Below, piece after piece: positions 59,557 to 64,000 of a DNA stretch of 64,000 bases (position 1 is the stretch's first letter; every line of letters begins with the position of its first letter). The notes under the pieces are model-generated. The model ran no database searches and had not been told where the DNA came from. It saw only the letters and a program-made list of their open reading frames with translations. The translations under genes were made by a program, and so were the position numbers. Source of the DNA: Candidatus Hadarchaeum sp. (GTDB lineage: Archaea; Hadarchaeota; Hadarchaeia; Hadarchaeales; Hadarchaeaceae); NCBI GenBank assembly GCA_020725895.1, contig DYTO01000003.1, forward strand, positions 17,355 through 81,354, in the 5' to 3' direction.

Positions 59557-60387
59557 CTACAGGGCAAACAACTGCCTTGTCTTCTCCAACCCAAGACGGC
59601 CGGCCTCAAAAGCATTCCCGGGATCGAACATCTCAACCACCACCATCCCGTCGAATTTGACCTCTTTCAAGGCGTCGACAATCGGCGCGAAATTAATGCT
59701 CCCCTCTCCCGGAATCAAATGCTCGTCGTTCTGCCCATGGTTGTCGTGAAAGTGGATGTGGATTATCTTCCTTCCCAGACTCCTGATCAGGCGGGCGATT
59801 TCCAACTCCGCGTTCTCAGCGCTCTCCGTCTTCCTCCGCCTGTATGCGTGTCCGATATCCAGAGTTATCCCCATGTTCTCTCGCCCTTCGACAATCGCGC
59901 CCAACTCTTCAAGACTCGAGAGCGCGAAAAAAGGCAAACCTATGTTCTCAACAGCGATTTTCACGCCCCTGTCCTTCGCGAATAATTCGCATTCGTTGAA
60001 AAATTCCAGCGTGAAATCAACGGCCGTCTGCGCGAACCACTCAACATCGGTTATCGCGATACGCCCAGGATGCAATACCATCAAATCTCCTCCCAGCCGC
60101 GCGCACGCCTCGATGCTGCGCTTCGTCTGCTTGATCGAAAAATCCCTTATCGTCGTGTAGTGGCTCGCCGGGTTCAGGTCCCAGAAGCAACCGTGGACCG
60201 AAACCCCGAGGCCGTGCGACTCTATGAGCTTCCTTATGTCGCCGAGCTGCGAGGGCTCGTGGTCAGGAAAGAAATGCGGGACGTCGTAGACGACCTCGAT
60301 GCAATCCGCGCCGAGTTCAGCTATCTTCTCCACTGAATCCTCCACGGAACTGCGAACGAAAAGCAGGTTTGAGAGTCCGATCTTCAT
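59557..60387 (-). CDS. Sugar phosphate isomerase/epimerase (xylose isomerase-like TIM barrel, AP endonuclease 2 fold)
   Basis: 276 aa with a conserved His/Glu/Asp metal-site pattern (VHGCFWDLN, HPG, IAVEN, HDNHG). Confidence 0.65.
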   Translation of the reverse strand: MKIGLSNLLFVRSSVEDSVEKIAELGADCIEVVYDVPHFFPDHEPSQLGDIRKLIESHGLGVSVHGCFWDLNPASHYTTIRDFSIKQTKRSIEACARLGGDLMVLHPGRIAITDVEWFAQTAVDFTLEFFNECELFAKDRGVKIAVENIGLPFFALSSLEELGAIVEGRENMGITLDIGHAYRRRKTESAENAELEIARLIRSLGRKIIHIHFHDNHGQNDEHLIPGEGSINFAPIVDALKEVKFDGMVVVEMFDPGNAFEAGRLGLEKTRQLFAL

Positions 60388-60419
60388 CCAGACACCATGA
60401 AATGTACGCCGGGCTTAAA

Positions 60420-61082
60420 TTATGACTTCCGCATCGCCTCGGTCGCGAGCTGGTGCGCCATCCGCAGCGGTTCCGGGAGGCGCTGGCCCTTCGTCGTCTC
60501 GAGCGTTATCTTCACCGCCGTTTTCAAATCGACCTTGTTCCCGATGCTCACGTAAACGGGCTTGGAATCGCGCTTCGTCCTGACGACCGCCCCGATGACA
60601 TCTTTCCCGTCCATCAGGGGGCTTTGCGCGCCCTTCCTGTTCTGCGGCTCCTTTGCCTCCCCGACCAGTCTCGACTTCGCGACGCCGATCGTGGGCTTGT
60701 CTATTATCACGCCCAGATGACAGGCAAGGCCAGCCCTTCGCGGGTGAGCGAGGCCCTGCGCTCCAACCATGAAAACGTCCGCTTCGGTGCCGGCGACCAC
60801 CCTGAGCATCCCTTCGATCTCCCTGAAAGCGAGAAAAGTCGGCATGTAGGGGAACCTCAGTTTCACCCTCTGAACTCGCTTTTCGATCAGCTCGAGGCTC
60901 TTGTAATCCAGCACAGCGCATGCCGAATAAGCGACGTCGCCCTCCGAGAATGAGATATCGCAGCCGGCGATTCGCTCTAGCTTCTTGAAGCCGTTCTTCC
61001 TCACGACGGACTCCGCCACGCGCTTCTGCGTCCTGACCATCTCGTCCAGGTCAAACCTCTTGGGCTGCCATATCGGGAGCAT
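60420..61082 (-). CDS. nfi: Endonuclease V (deoxyinosine 3' endonuclease)
   Basis: IAGCDISF (catalytic Asp), YMPTFLAFREIE, HPRRAGLACHLGV. Confidence 0.8.
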   Translation of the reverse strand: MLPIWQPKRFDLDEMVRTQKRVAESVVRKNGFKKLERIAGCDISFSEGDVAYSACAVLDYKSLELIEKRVQRVKLRFPYMPTFLAFREIEGMLRVVAGTEADVFMVGAQGLAHPRRAGLACHLGVIIDKPTIGVAKSRLVGEAKEPQNRKGAQSPLMDGKDVIGAVVRTKRDSKPVYVSIGNKVDLKTAVKITLETTKGQRLPEPLRMAHQLATEAMRKS

Positions 61083-61122
61083 GCTACCGTGAAAATTGCG
61101 CCCCGTAAGCTATTAATCTTGG

Positions 61123-61317
61123 GTGAAGAAACCTCTCATCATGCCTGGAAAAAGCCCGAAATGCGCGATTTGCGGCAAGGGTGTCCAGATAATGAGCTAC
61201 GACACCGGATACATGAAAGTGGTCAGGCCCGGGGTGCCAAAGGCATCCTTCATTTGCTGGAAGTGCGCCGAGAAGATGCTCGGCGAAAACATCAAGCAGA
61301 TACCAGAGACCGCATAG
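61123..61317 (+). CDS. Small zinc-ribbon protein (64 aa)
   Basis: CAIC...CWKC. Confidence 0.4.
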   Translation: MKKPLIMPGKSPKCAICGKGVQIMSYDTGYMKVVRPGVPKASFICWKCAEKMLGENIKQIPETA

Positions 61318-61344
61318 CCGGGGCTTCTGCGCGAAGGTGATATA

Positions 61345-62424
61345 TTGGCCGGGGCAACGCCTGAAGACCACTTATTGATGTCTCTAGCTATCAAGCGTCG
61401 GGGGAAGTTCGTTGATTTGGGGCACATACGCGAGAAGGTAAGCCGGGACGCCGGACGGAAATTTTCCGAAAATGACATCAAAGGGCTCCTTTCATCGCTG
61501 ATCAAGAAAGGGATCGTTGAGGGGGCGAAGGAGGAATTCGCGATAACTGAGGCCGGCCGCAAGTATTTCGACAAGAGGTGGCGGGGGATCCGCAAGTCGC
61601 TGAACCAGGAGTACCTCAAAGTCTACCGCGCGAAAGAGTACTATCCCCAAGTCATGGGCGCGATTCTTGAAATTTGCAGGGACAGGTGGGTCTCTGTTTT
61701 CAGGCTCTTCACCGGGAAGGCCTGGCTGCAGAGGAAGCTCGGACCGAAGTACATCACGATCAGAAGCGAGAAGGACGTGCAGTTCTGGCTGGACATCCAC
61801 GGCATCGACTTCATCCCTTACGTTCACAAAATCAATTCTGACAAGCCAGACTGGCTGGTCCTCGACTTCGACGCGGGAAAAAACGTTGATTTTGAAAAGA
61901 CGAAGAAAGTCGTTGGCGCGGCTTTTGACGTTCTCAGGGGGTACGTGGTGAAGCCTGCGCTGAAGTTCAGCGGCTCGCGCGGCTTCCAGATCTGGGCGGC
62001 TTTCAAGCCGCATGAATTGCCGAAAGATTATGCGCCGAAGAAGCTGCGCACCGAGAAACGCAAGCGCAACATGTTCACTTTTTACTCGGACATCGTGCGG
62101 TTTTTGGAATCGAAGGTTTCCGAGGAGATTCCCGGCCTGACGACTTCCGAGACAGCGAAGAAGGAGGCGAGGGAAAGCAAGGTCCTCTTCGACGCCTCGA
62201 TAATCAAGCAGATGGGGGACGTCCGCGCGCCATACTCGATGCATTTCAAGACGGGGCTGGTCTCGATGCCCCTCGGGTTGAAGGAGCTCAGGGGATTCAA
62301 GCCGGAAATGGCGGACCCGGACCTTGTGGCAAAACGCTACACCGGGCGCGGGAACGAATTCTTGCTTGAGCCGACTGACGGTTCAAAACTTTTCGGTGAA
62401 GTAGTTTCGTGGTGCAAGGGTTGA
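61345..62424 (+). CDS. Archaeo-eukaryotic primase (AEP) superfamily protein, PrimPol/LigD-Pol-like, with N-terminal winged-helix domain
   Basis: AEP motif I WLVLDFDAG, motif II KFSGSRGFQIWAAF, candidate motif III Asp/His downstream. N-terminal ~100 aa looks wHTH, unlike the canonical PriS N-terminus. Confidence 0.5.
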   Translation: MAGATPEDHLLMSLAIKRRGKFVDLGHIREKVSRDAGRKFSENDIKGLLSSLIKKGIVEGAKEEFAITEAGRKYFDKRWRGIRKSLNQEYLKVYRAKEYYPQVMGAILEICRDRWVSVFRLFTGKAWLQRKLGPKYITIRSEKDVQFWLDIHGIDFIPYVHKINSDKPDWLVLDFDAGKNVDFEKTKKVVGAAFDVLRGYVVKPALKFSGSRGFQIWAAFKPHELPKDYAPKKLRTEKRKRNMFTFYSDIVRFLESKVSEEIPGLTTSETAKKEARESKVLFDASIIKQMGDVRAPYSMHFKTGLVSMPLGLKELRGFKPEMADPDLVAKRYTGRGNEFLLEPTDGSKLFGEVVSWCKG

Positions 62425-62426
62425 AC

Positions 62427-62744
62427 TTAATCCTTCAATAACTTCTTCAGGTTTTTTGGAAGATTGTTCGTCAGCCAATCTTGCCAATCCCGCCTCAGCT
62501 TCTTCGGGAGCCGCCTCAATTGCCAATTAATTTCTTTGGTGAGCTTAACGCCGGCATCCGAAGGATTGGTCGCGGCAACGACTTTGATAGCATAGTAGGC
62601 GGCACCGAATGCGTGCTGAGGGACGTGCGCGGTCGCCACCGCCTGGCCTGCCGCGCGCGCGGCAAAGCAAGCCACGTCATTTCTTTTCGCTTTTCGGGCG
62701 GCCGCGCACAACGCGAGACACGCGGGCGTCGAGTTCTGGTACAC
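62427..62744 (-). CDS. Hypothetical protein (105 aa)
   Basis: ORF only. Confidence 0.3.
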   Translation of the reverse strand: MYQNSTPACLALCAAARKAKRNDVACFAARAAGQAVATAHVPQHAFGAAYYAIKVVAATNPSDAGVKLTKEINWQLRRLPKKLRRDWQDWLTNNLPKNLKKLLKD

Positions 62745-62828
62745 TGCATTTCCATAAAAAAATAGTTTGTGTGTTGGAAACTGCTACTCAACCACGTAGC
62801 CAATGTTGAGCAAACGGTGTTAGTATAG

Positions 62829-63812
62829 TTAAATTAACAGAACCATTTTTGTTAATTCTTTAAGTTTCTTTACAACCATTAATCTTTCAGTCTTTTCATC
62901 CCACTGTTCAATAGTATCTTTAACGACCTGTTTAAATTTGTTTTCTGTTAATATGGCAGGTTTTTTGCAAACAATATTCTTAGAGACAAAAAATCTATAT
63001 ATTTCTTTTAATGTATTCTGCTGTCTAAATTCTATAACTTTAATGCCTATCTTTTCAGCTTCTTTTATCATCATTTCTGTAAGTCTATCTATGAGGAATA
63101 AATCGACCTTTCTTGCCAATGCTTCATCTCCAATTTCAGGATTGCCAATTCCTAACAATTTTAATTCTATGGTTAATGGTTTATTATCTTTTGAAAAAAC
63201 AATTGCATCAATTTCTCTATTCCCAACTAACCCTTTTTTCTTCATTTCATCGAAAACAAGAACATAATTATCATCAGAGATTTTCAATAGTTTGAAAATA
63301 GTAAAAAGTAAACCTTTTTCAGTTAGTTTTCCGACCTCACTCCACGCACCTCCTTGGATTGTTAGTCTCATAGCAGAAATCATATTTACAAACATCATAC
63401 TTTCAATTTCATCAAGTTCAACGGATTTACCATTATTTCTAATTGTAACTTTTAACTGATAGTCGGTTTTCTTAAAGTTCTTAAGAAGAAGACTCAAAGC
63501 AGTAATATTTTTCTTGCCTATATCTAAACAAACTTCTCTGGTAGAAGTGCCACCAGTCATATTTTTTACAGTCTTATCATTTATTCCAGAAAACCACAAT
63601 AATTTAAATTTATTTTCCTTACCTGATTTATCTTTAGTGTCTTGAAGTAATTTTTCTAACCAATCTTTACCACCTTTCTTATAATTGAAAATATCTTTTA
63701 TAAGATCTTGTGATTTCTCTAAAAATCTTTCATTGATAGTTGCCAACACAAAAGTTCTATAATCGCTACCATTCAATATCGAGAAAATGATTTCAGAAAG
63801 TAATTCTTTCAT
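62829..63812 (-). CDS. Hypothetical protein encoded in a ~30% GC island; possibly a restriction or other defence protein
   Basis: Strong compositional contrast with the flanks; Lys/Ile/Asn-rich 327 aa; no family recognised. Confidence 0.5.
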   Translation of the reverse strand: MKELLSEIIFSILNGSDYRTFVLATINERFLEKSQDLIKDIFNYKKGGKDWLEKLLQDTKDKSGKENKFKLLWFSGINDKTVKNMTGGTSTREVCLDIGKKNITALSLLLKNFKKTDYQLKVTIRNNGKSVELDEIESMMFVNMISAMRLTIQGGAWSEVGKLTEKGLLFTIFKLLKISDDNYVLVFDEMKKKGLVGNREIDAIVFSKDNKPLTIELKLLGIGNPEIGDEALARKVDLFLIDRLTEMMIKEAEKIGIKVIEFRQQNTLKEIYRFFVSKNIVCKKPAILTENKFKQVVKDTIEQWDEKTERLMVVKKLKELTKMVLLI

Positions 63813-63819
63813 ATTTAAT

Positions 63820-64000
63820 CCTTTATTTTTATATCATCCTCTATTGTTTCAATAGCCTCACTAATCTTTTCTAGATTTTTAAACAATCTTTCTTTCGTGG
63901 GTGTTTTTCCTCTTATTGATGAACCAGGATTTTTTTTAATTTGTTCTCTAAATTGTATCATCCTATCTCTTACCTTTTGCGCTATAAATTTATTGTTATC
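63820..64000 (-). CDS. C-terminal fragment of a low-GC gene continuing beyond the window
   Basis: Open frame ...NNKFIAQKVRDRMIQFREQIKKNPGSSIRGKTPTKERLFKNLEKISEAIETIEDDIKIKD* ending 4 nt before the next start. Confidence 0.4.

Noticed and set aside
61345-62424. Calling the AEP protein the canonical primase small subunit PriS
   Set aside because: The N-terminal ~100 residues look like a winged-helix domain and the catalytic motifs start near residue 168, unlike PriS. No PriL is adjacent. It is kept as PrimPol-like with moderate confidence

Overview
This is a gene-dense archaeal chromosomal window. GC is high (roughly mid-to-upper 50s %), with a few sharply low-GC islands. Proteins were identified by motif and family recognition from the translations, since no database search was possible. 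Read in order, the window contains two minus-strand tRNAs (tRNA-Val CAC, and a tRNA carrying a ~22-nt intron). Next is a complete archaeal-type lower mevalonate pathway block (mevalonate kinase, UbiD-like anhydromevalonate-phosphate decarboxylase, phosphomevalonate dehydratase large and small subunits), followed by an Ogg-type glycosylase. A compact five-gene operon then encodes a group-4-type [NiFe] hydrogenase module (NuoB-, NuoC- and NuoD-like proteins plus a 4x[4Fe-4S] ferredoxin) with a heterodisulfide-reductase HdrB-like CCG-domain protein embedded and no membrane subunits. This operon is the best candidate for a previously undescribed system. It is followed by TatD, PurC, a transcarbamylase of unclear specificity, threonine synthase, a CARF-like Rossmann protein, an HD-domain dNTPase-like protein, a large Kelch/Big-repeat surface protein and an Lhr helicase. 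Downstream are GTP-dependent dephospho-CoA kinase, S24e, S27ae, a TupABC tungstate transporter, the KEOPS genes Kae1 and Bud32 (unfused) and ITPase. After S15 come two tandem RecJ/GAN-like DHH nucleases, a Clp1-like polynucleotide kinase, a Pcc1 paralogue (Pcc2-like), a methanogen-type SerRS, S3Ae, and GlmM/GlmU flanking a decayed transglutaminase-like gene. Then follow YchF, a B12-binding radical SAM protein and a 2-hydroxyacid dehydrogenase. The classical exosome superoperon comes next: L15e, UPF0201, Pop5, proteasome alpha, SBDS, Rrp4, Rrp41, Rrp42, L37Ae, RpoP, Pcc1 and prefoldin beta. After it are a DHH phosphoesterase, TYW1, a CBS protein, a translin-like protein, SepRS, endonuclease V, an AEP-family primase-polymerase-like protein and a low-GC (~30%) island at the window end. 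Three surface or membrane protein genes carry in-frame stop codons and/or frameshifts. Co-occurrence of SepRS, methanogen-type SerRS, HdrB, hydrogenase and a tungstate transporter points to a methanogen-like or related anaerobic euryarchaeal lineage. No CRISPR arrays or rRNA genes were found.
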